Shown: piece by piece, positions 43,101 through 52,851 of the stretch | Layout: each line of letters opens with the position of its first letter | Numbering within the stretch: the stretch's first letter is position 1 | Origin: an uncultured Holophagales bacterium | GTDB lineage: Bacteria; Acidobacteriota; Thermoanaerobaculia; Multivoradales; UBA5704 | NCBI GenBank assembly: GCA_963844885.1 | Contig: CAWJQA010000009.1 | Location: 142,125 to 206,124, forward strand | DNA length: 64,000 nt | Direction of reading: 5' to 3' | Made by a program: the position numbers and the translations under genes | Notes under the pieces: generated by a model | Database searches by the model: none | What the model saw: only the letters and a program-made list of their open reading frames with translations | What the model was told of the DNA's origin: nothing

Positions 43101-43459
43101 ATGAGATCCTGGTGGGACACCATCCACTCATGGACCTCCTTGAGGACGAACGGGTAGCCGCCGGTGGGGTCGGCCGCGGAGTAGGTCATCTCCGGATGGG
43201 CGCGGCGCCAGAGCACGCGCAACCAGAGAGGGACCTTGATCGTGTCCTTGACCTCCTCCGGGTTGAGCAAGGAGAAGTCCTGGTTGGCGGCGATCAGCGC
43301 TTCGAGGGCGCTGTGAGGACGCACGGCGTCGCGGTGGAGTTGCTCGTCGAGCGACGGCCACGCGGGGGCTTCCGCGGCGAAGGCGCCCGCGGGAAACGCC
43401 GAGGAAAACGCCGAGGAAAACGCGATACCGAGCAGGAGAAGCAATGGCCACTTGGACAT
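40181..43459 (-). CDS. Secreted BNR/Asp-box (sialidase-like) protein with Fn3-like and C-terminal beta-rich domains
   Basis: Signal peptide MSKWPLLLLLGIAF.. and five Asp-box motifs (SLDGGATW, SVDNGATW, STNGGVSY, STNGGTTW, SFDDGATW). The start is set at ATG 43459. Confidence 0.8.
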   Translation of the reverse strand: MSKWPLLLLLGIAFSSAFSSAFPAGAFAAEAPAWPSLDEQLHRDAVRPHSALEALIAANQDFSLLNPEEVKDTIKVPLWLRVLWRRAHPEMTYSAADPTGGYPFVLKEVHEWMVSHQDLIPGVPEKDSGPDPDRAATVSGERRISGAQTAPRSESDIRVNFWDPMKIIGASNNISGSGMQAQFYSLDGGATWSQTSLALETGDAFHSDPTVDWTSDGTAWSTTIGINASVTALKMRAYKSVDNGATWTFDATFSGAQTSADKQIMWVDHSAASPYKDNIYVIWHNGNPAFMNRRTGPAGSWQTAIQVSGAESTGTAIGADVKTNAFGDVFGFWPTTTNRKIFVVKSTNGGVSYGTPVQIASTFDSYDIGVPSFNGRRALIYVTAGAYRTATKDVVHAAWTDLTGATGCTSSANEPGSNAASTCKTRIWYSRSTNGGTTWSAPVMLNNQASANDQFNPWMAVDETTGALAIMYYDTVNDATRKKVDVWYQSSFDDGATWFPAVKVTTAQTDETTAGADSGNQFGDYNGLSGYAGIFFPSWTDRRSNSFEEIWTAKVTDTACTAPGAPAIGTATATAPNQIQVTWANGAPAATAFNVYRAPGTCASPGTFARIASSVAGSPYNDNSVSGGSTYAYRVHGLDATGNCESAASACVQATATGTCTLPPSFAGLATVTNNAAATCGLALSWAAATPGCAGPVTYTVYRSTSSSFTPGPANQIATGVAGTSYGDSSAALTSGTTYYYVVRAVDTSNAVADGNTVRRSSTPTGPVSTSTLTETFEGAGGFDNPGWTHAALAGASDWALSTAQSQTPTHSWFSDSLPATSERVLVSPQFVPLAGSTLSFWHTYAFESTTSCFDAGTLEISTDGGANWTVVPDAAFTAGGFTGTVSASFGNPLGGKHAWCNGTIGAMTQVTANLGSFTGAAGARLRWHEGDDESIAQTDWGWYVDSVTLGNVGTAGTCTSGTVDAGLDFYTVSPCRLVDTRNADGPLGGPILAGSSTRTFVMTGGTCGIPSTAKALALTIIVISPATVGNLNLYPANQAAPLSSTINFAAGATLANNAIIQLATDASGGIAVKNNSVGTVHLIVDVSGYFQ

Positions 43460-43658
43460 AGAGAGGTCTCCTCCTAGTTTGGCCGGACACCCTACCACAG
43501 AAGGCGGGGCTCTCGGACGACGACGATTTCCGGGGTACAGGTAGGCATTCTCCTTGAAAATTGGGGAAATTGCCCACAACCTGTTGACAAGTGGTCGGTC
43601 GATCAGAAGAATGGACTTCGCGCCTTTTGAGTGGCGTAACCACAGCAAAGGAGGAGCC

Positions 43659-44105
43659 TTGGGCACGACAGATGACGATACCGAGAAACTTGGAGACAGG
43701 ATCGCCCGGCTGCGGCGGGCGAAGGGATGGAACCAGAAGGATTTCGGCAGGCACCTGGGCATGAAGGCCGCCCAGGTCAGCAAGTGCGAACGCGGCAGCC
43801 TCGTACCGCGGGCCGATCTTCTGAGGCGGCTGTCGGAGGTGCTCGGGGTGAGCAGCGACTACCTGCTGACCGGGCGCTCCTTCGGCGAGCCGCAGCGGGA
43901 TTTCCGGCTCCGGGAGCGGCTGGAGGCTCTGGAGCAGCTACCAGAGCCCCAGCGCAACAACCTGGTTGAATTCCTGGATGCCCTGCTCTCCTCTCACCGG
44001 CTCCTGCGGCAGCTCGAGCAGGAGCGCGAGCGGAAGAGGGCGGAGATGAAACCGCCGAAGCCGGGCGCAAAGACTCGCCGCCACCCGCCGCGGATCCGGG
44101 ACTAG
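43659..44105 (+). CDS. XRE-family HTH transcriptional regulator
   Basis: HTH segment ..RLRRAKGWNQKDFGRHLGMKAAQVSKCERG... I favour TTG 43659, which sits 2 nt after AAAGGAGGAG. The in-frame alternatives ATG 43611 and TTG 43554 have no SD. Confidence 0.75.
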   Translation: MGTTDDDTEKLGDRIARLRRAKGWNQKDFGRHLGMKAAQVSKCERGSLVPRADLLRRLSEVLGVSSDYLLTGRSFGEPQRDFRLRERLEALEQLPEPQRNNLVEFLDALLSSHRLLRQLEQERERKRAEMKPPKPGAKTRRHPPRIRD

Positions 44106-44140
44106 AGCTGAGAGATGCCGGCCTGGCCGCCGCCCCCTGG

Positions 44141-45895
44141 TCAACGGGAGGCGGCGGCGCGGGCTGTTCCTTCGGGCTGGCCTCCATCGCGGGGAAAAAA
44201 CAGCAGCGCCCGCGTTCCACCGCCCGGCCGGTCCTCCAGGCGGATGCGGCCACCGTGCAGAGTCATGATCCGGTGGGCCAGCGCCAGCCCCAGACCCACC
44301 CCGCCCCTGCGGCCGGTCGCGAAGGGGTGGAAGAGCCGCTCCCGCATCTCCGCGGACAGGCCGGGCCCCCGGTCCTCCACGGCCAGCTCCACTCCGTCAT
44401 CCACCAGGTCGATCGACAGATCCACCGGCTCGGCTCGTACCGACGCTTGTAGGGAATTATGGAGGAGGTTGCGCACGGCCCTCTCCAGGAGCTGGGAGTC
44501 GCCGCGCAGGCGAACCCCCTCCGCGGCCGGCGCGACGCGGACCCGCACCGGCGGGCCACCGGCGAGAGCGGGATCGGCCGCCGCCCGCCGCGCCAGCTCG
44601 GCCAGATCGACCTCCTCCAGGCGCGCGGTGCCGGGGCGGGCGAAGGAGAGGAAGTCCTGGAGCACCCGCTCCAGGTGGTCGGCCTCGCGCCGGATCTCGG
44701 CCAGGTAGTCGGCGATCGACTCCTCGTCGGGCCGGCGCTCGATCAAGGTGAGGTAGCCGCGCAGGGTGGCCAGGCTGTTGCGCAGCTCGTGCGCCACGCC
44801 GCCGGCCATCTCTCCGAGGCGGGCCAGGCTGTCGGCGATCCGGCTCTCCTCGGCCCGGCGCCGCACCTCCGTGAGGTCGGCGAACAGGACCAGCCAGCCG
44901 CGGACGCCGCCGTCGTCGCGACGCAAGGGGTGGACGGTGAGACCGACGGTGCGCGCTTCGCCGCCGGCCCGGATGGCGCACTCTTCCCTCCGCGGCGCGG
45001 TCTGCTCGGCCACGGCCGAGGCCAGGAGGTCGCGCAGCTCGGGCTGCCCTGCCAGGGCGTCGGCGAGAGGGGTCCCGGAGGGCGGCGGCTCGATTCCGAG
45101 CAGCCCGGCGGCCACCGGGTTGAGGGCGAGGACACGGCCGGCCCGGTCCAGCAGGAGGAGACCGCTCTGGAGGCTGGAGGACAGCGTCCGCTCCAGGGCG
45201 GCGATGTCGTCTTCGGCGCGGCGCGAATCACCGGTAAGGGAAACCATGGCGCGCTCGAACGTCGAGACCAGGAACTCGACCTCCCCCTCTCCCGCCTCCT
45301 GCTCGGCCCCCATCTGCCGGGCGCGCTCCAGAAGAGTCTCCCAGGGTGTCATCAGGTGCCGGAGAAAGGAGAAGACCAGCAGGAGCAGCGCCGCGTTGAG
45401 GCCCAGGACGACCACCGACAGCACGGTCAAGGCGCGCCGCTGGCCTGCCAGGACCCCGGCCGGCAGCTCGACGCGCACCCATCGCCGCGGCTCCAGGGGG
45501 GCGAAGCCGGCGACGCCGTCCGGCAGGGCGTCGCCGGGACCGGCGCCCACGGGCTTCCGCAGGTCCAGGCCGTCCGGCGCCCGGAGCCCGCCGTCCGGAA
45601 GGTCTCCCGAGGCCACCAAGGCGTTCCCCTCCTCGTCCATCACGGCCACGCTGCGCGCCTGCGGTGCGAGAGCCTGGAGCTCCGCCGCCGTGGCGACCCC
45701 GAAGCGGCCCTGGTCCCGAAGCCTTCCGGCCACGCCGGCCGCCAGCCGGGCGGCCTCCTCCTGGCGCTCCTCCACCAGGAGGCCCAGGGCGCTGCGGTAC
45801 GAGAACAGGGTGAAGGTGGAGAGGACGACCAGCAACAACAGCGCCACCGGCAGGAGGATCAGCACCTCGCGGCGCAGCCCGAGACGGCCGCTCAT
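44141..45895 (-). CDS. Membrane PAS sensor histidine kinase (NtrB/PilS-like)
   Basis: Two TM helices, a PAS-like segment, H-box GGVAHELRNSL, N-box LLHNSLQA, G1 DRGPGL and G2 GGVGLGLA. The ATG at 45895 overlaps the pilD stop (ATGA). Confidence 0.85.
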   Translation of the reverse strand: MSGRLGLRREVLILLPVALLLLVVLSTFTLFSYRSALGLLVEERQEEAARLAAGVAGRLRDQGRFGVATAAELQALAPQARSVAVMDEEGNALVASGDLPDGGLRAPDGLDLRKPVGAGPGDALPDGVAGFAPLEPRRWVRVELPAGVLAGQRRALTVLSVVVLGLNAALLLLVFSFLRHLMTPWETLLERARQMGAEQEAGEGEVEFLVSTFERAMVSLTGDSRRAEDDIAALERTLSSSLQSGLLLLDRAGRVLALNPVAAGLLGIEPPPSGTPLADALAGQPELRDLLASAVAEQTAPRREECAIRAGGEARTVGLTVHPLRRDDGGVRGWLVLFADLTEVRRRAEESRIADSLARLGEMAGGVAHELRNSLATLRGYLTLIERRPDEESIADYLAEIRREADHLERVLQDFLSFARPGTARLEEVDLAELARRAAADPALAGGPPVRVRVAPAAEGVRLRGDSQLLERAVRNLLHNSLQASVRAEPVDLSIDLVDDGVELAVEDRGPGLSAEMRERLFHPFATGRRGGVGLGLALAHRIMTLHGGRIRLEDRPGGGTRALLFFPRDGGQPEGTARAAASR

Positions 45896-46683
45896 AGGAA
45901 CTGAAGGTAGTAGTTGATGATGGCCGGCGCGGCGAACAGCGCGACCAGCCCGCCGAAAGCCAGGAAGGTGCCGAACGGCAGGCGCGTGCGCATCCCTTCG
46001 CCGGAGCGGCGCATCAGGACGATCCCCACGATCGAGCCGCTGAGCACGGCGAAGAAGAACGCCACGAGCATCGCCTTCCAACCCAGAAAGGCGCCGATCA
46101 GGGCCAGCATCTTGGCGTCTCCGAGCCCCATCCCCTCCTCCCGGCGGATCAGCCACCACGAGCCGTAGATGGCGAGCGTGATGCCGCCTCCCGCCGCGGC
46201 GCCCACCAGCGGCTCCGTCATGTGACTCCAAGGCAGATGGAGGAGGACGACCAGCATCGCGTGCCCTAGGAAACCCAGCGCGATCCCCGGCCAGGTGATC
46301 CGGTCGGGCAGGATCATGTGGTCGGCGTCGATCATCGCCAGCACGATCATCAGGCAGGCGAAGACGGCCGCGACCAGCGCCTGCGGCCTCAGCCCGAAGG
46401 CGACGTAGCACCCCACCATCACCAGCGAGGTACACGCCTCGATCAGCGGATAGCGCCAGGAGATCCCCGCGCCGCAGCTCCGGCAGCGTCCGCCGAGCAG
46501 CAGGAAAGAGAGGACCGGCAGGTTGTCGAGCGCGCGGATCGGCGCCCCGCAAGCCGGGCACCGCGACCGCGGCAGGACCGTCGAGAGGCCCAGCGGGATG
46601 CGGTAGATCACGACGTTCAGATAGCTGCCGACGAGCAGCCCGAGCACCGCCACGTAGAGCGCGATCAGGAGTTGGAGCGACAC
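45892..46683 (-). CDS. pilD: Prepilin peptidase (A24 family)
   Basis: ..GSYLNVVIYRIP.., the Cys pairs CPACGAPI / CRSCGAGI, and a polytopic C-terminal part with ..GLGDAKM... Confidence 0.9.
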   Translation of the reverse strand: MSLQLLIALYVAVLGLLVGSYLNVVIYRIPLGLSTVLPRSRCPACGAPIRALDNLPVLSFLLLGGRCRSCGAGISWRYPLIEACTSLVMVGCYVAFGLRPQALVAAVFACLMIVLAMIDADHMILPDRITWPGIALGFLGHAMLVVLLHLPWSHMTEPLVGAAAGGGITLAIYGSWWLIRREEGMGLGDAKMLALIGAFLGWKAMLVAFFFAVLSGSIVGIVLMRRSGEGMRTRLPFGTFLAFGGLVALFAAPAIINYYLQFL

Positions 46684-46695
46684 AGTGGCGCGATT

Positions 46696-49097
46696 CTAAC
46701 CGCGTCCGGGCTCGTGGCGCCTGTCGCGGATCAGGAGCAGCGCCGTCGCCGCCAGGGTGAGCAGGCTGATCCCGGCGCCGATGGGTACCAGGGGGTCGCG
46801 ATAGCGCAGCTCCAGGACATGCTCGCCCTCGGGCAGCTCCAGGCCGATCTGACAGGCGGCGGTGAGGAGGACGGGCACCGGCCTGCCGTCCACCTCGGCC
46901 TTCCAGCCTTCATCGAAGGTGGACGCGACCACGAAGAAGGCCGGCGAGGCCGAGCGGTAGCGCAGCCGCAGCCAGCCGCCGCGGTCGGTCAGCTCGAGCG
47001 GCTCCGGCAGCCGCCGGTAGACCGCCTCCCCTCCCGGCCCGCCCGGGCGGACGGCGTGCTCCCGCCGCATCAGGTCGTAGCCCTCGGACCGGGCCGCGGC
47101 GAGGGCCGAGTCCAGGTCGGGATGGAACACCGCCCGCGGCACGAAGCGGTGGACGGGCAGGACGTACGGATTCTTCAACACCCGCATCAGCGGCGCCCGC
47201 GGGTTCCGCTTCGCCTCGGCCGCCCAGCCGGCGGGGTCCTTGCGGAGCATCAGGGTGCCCACGTTCCAGGCTCCGAGGTAGTGAAGGGCGTTCAGCGACG
47301 CGCGGCTCCCCCAGTCCTGATGAAGGGTGTCGACCCCCCGCGCGGCCCACCGCGTGAGCATGAGGTCGAAATCCTCGTTCAGGGCGTAGGGGATGTGCCA
47401 GAGGAGAGCGCTGTAGGGCTCCATCCGGCCGAGCGCGGCGCGGACCGGGGCCAGGGCGGGATCGCCGCGGCGAGGCACGAAGTCCGGCTCGCCGCCGGTG
47501 GTCTCCTGGACGTACAGCCGCGTCTCCGGCTGAATCACCACGGGCGGCGCCCCGCCGTACAGGCTCGCGGGCGCGACCAGTACCAGGCCGTGGCCGTAGT
47601 GCCAGAGATCCGCGGCCAGCAGCGCCAGCGCCAGCCCCGTGAGGAGGCGGGCCGGCGGCCGGCGCCAACGGCAGAGAGCCAGGAGCGCCGCGACCAGCAG
47701 CGCCGTGGCAATGGCCGCCCACCCCTCACCGCGCAGATAGACAAGGCCGTGCTGGATCTTCTCCGGCGTCATGCCCGGGCCGCCGTGGGTACGCACGAAC
47801 CACTCGCCGAGCCGCGGGACCCGATAGAGCAGGCCGGTGAGCGTCCCGGCCAGAGCCGCCAGCACCAGCGCGAGCGCCAGCGGGAAATCGGCCCGCTCGG
47901 GCCTCCCCTCGCCGCGCTCGCGGATCAGCCACCCCCAGCCCAGGGCGCCCGCGAACACGAGGGCCGCCACCGCGAGGATCGCGAACTTCTCCGGGAAGCG
48001 GAGCACCGCGAGCACCGGCACCGCCTCGCGCAGCGGCTCATAGAGAGGGTTGTGCCGGCCCAGGGCGAGAAACCCGCCGGTGGCGAAGGCCAGCCCCCAG
48101 GCGGCCCGGCGCGGCACCGGCCACTGCGCCAGGGCGGCGGCGGCGAGAACGGCCAGGAGCAGCCCCGGGTAGATCGACGGCACGTACGGGTAGTCCCGGT
48201 CGTGGAGGTTCCAGCCGAAGAACAGCTTCTCGTGGTCGCGGGTGGGGTCGCCGAAGAAGCGGGGAAAGACGAGCTCCAGGAGCCGGGCCGGCGGCGCCGA
48301 CCAGACCGTGGCCCGTCGCGCCTCCAGGCCGCCGGCCCGGGGCGAGCCCGCCAGCCGCGCCGCGGTGGGGAGCCATTGGACCGCGGCCAGGAGGACGGCC
48401 AGAGCCAGCGGCACGAGGATCCTGGGCAGGGCGCGGAAGCGGCCGGGCCCGCCCCGAGTCCCCTCCCGAATACTGCCGCCGCGGTCATCGCCAGCACACC
48501 GAGGCCGGTGATGACGACCGTGGCCGGCTCGCCGTTGAGGAGTTGGAGGGCAAGGGCCAGGCCGGCCAGGAGCGCCGGCCGCCGCCACCGTCCGGGCTCG
48601 GCGCGGAGCGCCGCATCGGCCTGGCCGATCACCCAGGGAAACCAGGCCATGCTGCAAAACAGGGTCAACGCGCTGATCAGGGAGAGCGACGCGCCGCTGC
48701 CGGTGTAGCCCAGCGCGGCCAGGGCCGCGGCCCCCCGGCCGGCGCCCAGCCGCCGCGCCAGCCACCAGGCGCCCGCGAAGGCCACGGCCGAGTGCAGCAC
48801 CACCAGGAGGCTCAAGGCGTAGGCCGGAGGCACCACGAAGACGAGCCAGCCCGGCGGGTAGAAGGCCGCGTAACTCGGATTGGAAAGCACCGGCTGGCCA
48901 CCGTTGAGCCAGGGGCTCCACAGCGGCGAGCCGCTCTCTACCAGCAGCCGGAAGGTGGCCCGGAGGGGCAGGTGGAACAGAGGGATGTCCCGGTTCGCCA
49001 GGACCCGCTCCGGCGACAGGAGCGGGGCGAAGAAGCTCAGCAGCCAGGCCGATCCGAGCAGCGCGGGGGGAGCGATCCAGGCGATCCGGCGGCGCAA
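46696..49097 (-). pseudogene. YfhO-family polytopic membrane protein (putative extracytoplasmic glycosyltransferase); one frame disruption as sequenced
   Basis: The N-terminus ..ANRDIPLFHLPLRATFRLLVESGSPLWSPWLNGGQPVLSNPSYAAFYPPGW.. (49097 frame) continues as ..RFRALPRILVPLALAVLLAAVQWLP.. in the 48921 frame. The switch is at about 48440-48475. Confidence 0.7.
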
Positions 49098-49104
49098 TCC
49101 CTCC

Positions 49105-49623
49105 TCAACCCTTCTGCGGCCAGCGCACCATGAAGCCGTCCGCCCAGACGATGTCCTGGTTATAGTCCGTGGGGTCGAACGAAGTCACCGTGTAGTCGCT
49201 GCCCGAGGCCACGTTGTCCCGCCCGCGGCTGAGGATCAGCATCACCTGCCGGGCGTGTACGTCCTCGATCTTCACATAGTACTCGTACGGGAACTTCCAG
49301 CCGTCCCGGGGCGGTACGACCTGAAGGTACGTCGGCACCAGGATGCTCTCCATCACCGCCAGCGACTTCTGGCTGCCGTAGGAAGCCAGAGACACGTTCG
49401 AGTTGGTCTGGCCGGCCGCGGCGGCGCCGACCTCGTCGGTCAACCATGAAAACAGCGCCGTGCCGGTGATCCGCATGTCCGCCATCGTCCGCTTCTGCTT
49501 GGTCTTCTGCATCGCATCCAGCAGGTTCGGGATCAGCATGGCCGCGATGAGTCCGATGATCGCGATGACGATGAGCAGCTCGATGAGCGTAAATCCTTTT
49601 TGTCCGCACGTCTCCCTGCGCAT
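49105..49623 (-). CDS. Prepilin-type N-terminal cleavage/methylation domain protein (pilin/pseudopilin-like), divergent copy
   Basis: Leader MRRETCGQKG followed by FTLIELLIVIAIIGLIAA. The C-terminus ..DIVWADGFMVRWPQKG is shared with the three copies downstream in the window. SD is GGAGGTG. Confidence 0.88.
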   Translation of the reverse strand: MRRETCGQKGFTLIELLIVIAIIGLIAAMLIPNLLDAMQKTKQKRTMADMRITGTALFSWLTDEVGAAAAGQTNSNVSLASYGSQKSLAVMESILVPTYLQVVPPRDGWKFPYEYYVKIEDVHARQVMLILSRGRDNVASGSDYTVTSFDPTDYNQDIVWADGFMVRWPQKG

Positions 49624-49656
49624 TTCAATTCACCTCCAGGAATGTTCAGTTCATAG

Positions 49657-49672
49657 GGCAAGACACGTGCCA
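49657..49672 (-). promoter_or_regulatory. Sigma-54 type -24/-12 promoter (TGGCACGTGTCTTGCC)
   Basis: The minus-strand sequence matches TGGCACG-N4-TTGC exactly and lies about 35 nt upstream of ATG 49623. Confidence 0.7.
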
Positions 49673-49768
49673 GAGCGGGCAATGGCGTAGTACCAATGTT
49701 TTCAATTACTTGGGTCATAGCCGGTCGGCGATGGATCGACAAAAAACGTCAGCTTGGGACACGGGATG

Positions 49769-51133
49769 TCACCTGCCCGCCGGTCCGGCCCAGGCTGCGA
49801 CGATCCGCCGCAGCCGTTCCACCCCCCGGTCGAGCTCGTCGAGGGGGATGCGCTCGTCCGGTCCGTGGATGCCCTTGAGGTCGTCGCCGCCCACGGCGAA
49901 GGGAGCGACGCCATAGGCCGGTATGCCCCGTTCCCGAAAGTACCGGGAGTCGGTGAAGCCCGGCACGAAGGTCGGGACGACCGGCGCGTCGGCGGTCAGA
50001 ACCTGCTGGAAAGCGCCGTAGAGCCGGCCGGTGACCGGGGACGGCGGCACCGGCGGCGAGGTCACCAGAACCTTCACCTCGAAGCCTTTGCCGAGCGCCT
50101 CTTTGATCCCGGCGAGGAAGGCCTGGGTATCGGTGTCGGGGAGCAGCCGGATGTCGACCAAGGCCGTGGCGCGCTCGGGGACGACATTGATCCTCTCGCC
50201 ACCGCGCAGGACCGTCACCTGGACGGTGTCGAGGAACAGGTTGGCCATGCCGGGGAGCAGGAACTCGCTCGGCCCTTCGGGCTTCACGACGTCGTCGATG
50301 TGACCCAGGATGCGCTTCCAGTAGTCGTTGTGCAGCGGCGCGATGGCCTGCACGTACTGGCGCGCGGCGGGGCTGACCCGCCAGCGCTCCGGCCGCTGGA
50401 GCAGCCGCGCGAGCCCCTCGACGAGCTGGTGGGTGGCGCTCTCGGGGTTGAGGCCCGAAGCGTGGCCGCCGCGTCCCGAGGCCGCGACCTCCAGCCAGAG
50501 CGGACGCTTCTGGGCCACTTCGATCCCCCACCAGAGCAGCCGGCCGTTGGCGGTCTGCGCGCGCCCGCCTTCGCCCAGCACCGCCTCCGCTCCCGCGAAC
50601 ATCTCCGGCCGGTGCTCGAGGAGCCACCCGGTGCCTTCGATGCCGCCGTTCTCCTCGTCGGCCACGGCCAGGTAGACCACGTCGTGCTCGATGGGGACCC
50701 GGCGCCGCTTCAGGTCGACGAACGCCGCCAGCTCGGCGATGCCGAGGCTCTTGTCGTCGAGAGCGCCGCGGCCCCAGAGGCGCCCCTCGCGGACCTCGCC
50801 GGAGAACGGCGGCGCGGTCCAGCCGGGCCCGGGGCTCACCACGTCCATGTGGTGGAGAAGGACGAGCGCCCGCTTGTCGCTGCGGGGCGAGGAGAGGCGG
50901 GCCCAGAGGCTGGCTCGGCCGTTCGCCGTGCGGGCCACGTGAACCGGGATCCCCTCGCGCCGGAGGATCTGCGCCAGGTACGCGGCGGACAGATGCTCCC
51001 GGCCGGGCGGATTGGTGGTGTCGATGCGCAAATAGCCCTGCAGCCAGAGGCCGGCCTCGGACAGCTCCGGGGGATTGCCGGCGGCCAGCAGGAAGGCGGC
51101 CAGCGAAGCGAGGACCAGGGTTCTTCGAAGCAT
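49769..51133 (-). CDS. M20-family metallopeptidase (ArgE/DapE/ACY1/CPG2-like), secreted or anchored
   Basis: Signal-like N-terminus, ..LLHHMDVV.., ..GRGALDDK.. and ..VADEENGG.. metal-ligand motifs. 454 aa. Confidence 0.85.
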   Translation of the reverse strand: MLRRTLVLASLAAFLLAAGNPPELSEAGLWLQGYLRIDTTNPPGREHLSAAYLAQILRREGIPVHVARTANGRASLWARLSSPRSDKRALVLLHHMDVVSPGPGWTAPPFSGEVREGRLWGRGALDDKSLGIAELAAFVDLKRRRVPIEHDVVYLAVADEENGGIEGTGWLLEHRPEMFAGAEAVLGEGGRAQTANGRLLWWGIEVAQKRPLWLEVAASGRGGHASGLNPESATHQLVEGLARLLQRPERWRVSPAARQYVQAIAPLHNDYWKRILGHIDDVVKPEGPSEFLLPGMANLFLDTVQVTVLRGGERINVVPERATALVDIRLLPDTDTQAFLAGIKEALGKGFEVKVLVTSPPVPPSPVTGRLYGAFQQVLTADAPVVPTFVPGFTDSRYFRERGIPAYGVAPFAVGGDDLKGIHGPDERIPLDELDRGVERLRRIVAAWAGPAGR

Positions 51134-51156
51134 CGGGACGTGTATCCAAGTTTAAA

Positions 51157-51192
51157 ACAAAAAAAGAGGGCGCCACCAACCGGAGGCGCCCC
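51157..51192 (-). terminator. Intrinsic terminator after pilin copy 1
   Basis: On the minus strand: GGGCGCC-loop-GGCGCCC followed by a T run (plus-strand A run 51157-51165). Confidence 0.7.
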
Positions 51193-51229
51193 TATCGACG
51201 AGGAAATACCGGTTCGCTGCGGCGTACCG

Positions 51230-51754
51230 CTAGTTCTTCTGCGGCCAGCGAACAAAGAAACCGTCGGCCCAGACGATGTCCTGGTCGTAGTTCGTCGGAT
51301 CGAACGAGGTCACCGAGTAGGTGCCCGAGCCCTCGGCCGTCTTGTTGCGGCCCAGGCTGCGGATCGCCATGACGGTCGCGGCGAGCGGGTTCGCCGTGTT
51401 CAGGTAGAAGTCGTAAGGCGTCTTCCAGCCGTCGGCGCCCGGAACGTCCTGCATGTACTGCGGCACCAGCACGCTGCCCACCTGCGCCGCCGTCAGGGAC
51501 GTGCCGTAGGAGGCAAGGACCACGTCCGAGGCCGCGGCGCCGGCCGCGGCCGCGCCGACCTGGTCGGTCAGCCAGGAAAACATCGCCGTGCCGGTATTCC
51601 GGATGTCCGCTACGGTCCGCTTCTGCTTCGCCTTCTGAAGGGCGTCGAGGAAGTTCGGGATCAACAGCGCCGCAATGATGCCGATGATGGCCACCACGAT
51701 CAGCAGCTCAATCAGCGTAAAGCCCTTCTGACGGTTCCGCATTCTGCTCAACAT
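51230..51754 (-). CDS. Prepilin-type pilin-like protein, tandem copy 1
   Basis: Leader MLSRMRNRQKG followed by FTLIELLIVVAIIGIIAA. The mature sequence is identical to copy 2. SD is GGAGGAG. Confidence 0.9.
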   Translation of the reverse strand: MLSRMRNRQKGFTLIELLIVVAIIGIIAALLIPNFLDALQKAKQKRTVADIRNTGTAMFSWLTDQVGAAAAGAAASDVVLASYGTSLTAAQVGSVLVPQYMQDVPGADGWKTPYDFYLNTANPLAATVMAIRSLGRNKTAEGSGTYSVTSFDPTNYDQDIVWADGFFVRWPQKN

Positions 51755-51822
51755 GTAACGTCTCCTCCGGCCTTCCGGCCAAATTCGCCCAATGAGCTCA
51801 AGGATGTTGATTTACAGGGTAC

Positions 51823-51838
51823 TGCACGGCGGATGCCA
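51823..51838 (-). promoter_or_regulatory. Sigma-54 type -24/-12 promoter (TGGCATCCGCCGTGCA)
   Basis: GG and GC are at canonical spacing, about 70 nt upstream of ATG 51754. Confidence 0.55.
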
Positions 51839-51941
51839 GGCCTGTCCCCCTCTACAGGGTTCGTCAAACTCGACAACCAGTGTCAAATTGACCCTCAACG
51901 GCTGACAACGGCTGTCATAACGATTGACCTGATTCGAGGAC

Positions 51942-51974
51942 AAAAAAGGGGGCGCCACCAACCGGAGGCGCCCC
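51942..51974 (-). terminator. Intrinsic terminator after pilin copy 2
   Basis: The same GGGGCGCC..GGCGCCCC hairpin plus T run as at 51157. Confidence 0.7.
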
Positions 51975-52011
51975 ATCTGAGGAGGGAGTGTTGGCTTGCT
52001 GCGTTGTGCTG

Positions 52012-52536
52012 CTAGTTCTTCTGCGGCCAGCGGACGAAGAAGCCGTCGGCCCAGACGATGTCCTGGTCGTAGTTCGTCGGATCGAACGAGGTCACCGAGT
52101 AGGTGCCCGAGCCCTCGGCCGTCTTGTTGCGGCCCAGGCTGCGGATCGCCATGACGGTCGCGGCGAGCGGGTTCGCCGTGTTCAGGTAGAAGTCGTAGGG
52201 CGTCTTCCAGCCGTCGGCGCCCGGGACGTCCTGCATGTACTGCGGCACCAGCACGCTGCCCACCTGCGCCGCCGTCAGGGACGTGCCGTAGGAGGCAAGA
52301 ACGACGTCCGAGGCTGCGGCGCCGGCCGCGGCCGCGCCGACCTGGTCGGTCAGCCAGGAGAACATCGCCGTACCGGTGTTGCGGATGTCGGCCACGGTCC
52401 GCTTCTGCTTCGCCTTCTGCAGGGCATCCAGGAAGTTCGGGATCAACAGCGCCGCGATGATGCCGATGATGGCCACCACGATCAGCAGCTCGATCAGCGT
52501 GAAGCCCTTCTGACGGTTCCGGATTCGGCTCAACAT
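52012..52536 (-). CDS. Prepilin-type pilin-like protein, tandem copy 2
   Basis: I chose the start at the second ATG (52536), 9 nt after GGAGGAG. Leader MLSRIRNRQKG followed by FTLIELL... Confidence 0.9.
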   Translation of the reverse strand: MLSRIRNRQKGFTLIELLIVVAIIGIIAALLIPNFLDALQKAKQKRTVADIRNTGTAMFSWLTDQVGAAAAGAAASDVVLASYGTSLTAAQVGSVLVPQYMQDVPGADGWKTPYDFYLNTANPLAATVMAIRSLGRNKTAEGSGTYSVTSFDPTNYDQDIVWADGFFVRWPQKN

Positions 52537-52608
52537 GACTTGCATCTCCTCCAGGACTTGCCCTGGTTGAATTTACCCCTTGGGGTCTTACGGTTGCCGG
52601 TTTTATAC

Positions 52609-52624
52609 AGCAGGGTCGATGCCA
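52609..52624 (-). promoter_or_regulatory. Sigma-54 type -24/-12 promoter (TGGCATCGACCCTGCT)
   Basis: GG and GC are at canonical spacing, about 73 nt upstream of ATG 52536. Confidence 0.55.
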
Positions 52625-52781
52625 TGGTACCGACGGCCGCAAGTATCTGATTCCATTGGATCAGTATTTTTTGAACCCGACAAAAATTGCCAGTGGCTCC
52701 AGAACCGGATGACATCGGTTGCCACCCCGGCCGTCCTCGATCAGGGACACTCGAGGCTTGGCGGAAAGAAGCAGCCGGAAC

Positions 52782-52814
52782 AAAAAAAGAGGCGCCACCA
52801 ACCGGAGGCGCCCC
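52782..52814 (-). terminator. Intrinsic terminator after pilin copy 3
   Basis: The same hairpin plus T run as at 51157 and 51942. Confidence 0.7.
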
Positions 52815-52851
52815 GACTGAGGAGGGAGTGTTGGTCTACTGCGTTGTGCTG

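Noticed and set aside
43380-43425. 15-bp direct repeat (gaaaacgccgaggaa, about 2.7 copies) giving FSSAFSSAF in the BNR protein signal peptide
   Set aside because: It is a short in-frame microduplication inside a signal peptide, with no evidence of function beyond that.
52546-52700. TGGCAATTTTTGTC further upstream of pilin copy 2, as a sigma-54 promoter
   Set aside because: The -12 region does not place GC at the canonical spacing. The better match, TGGCATCGACCCTGCT at 52609-52624, was used instead.
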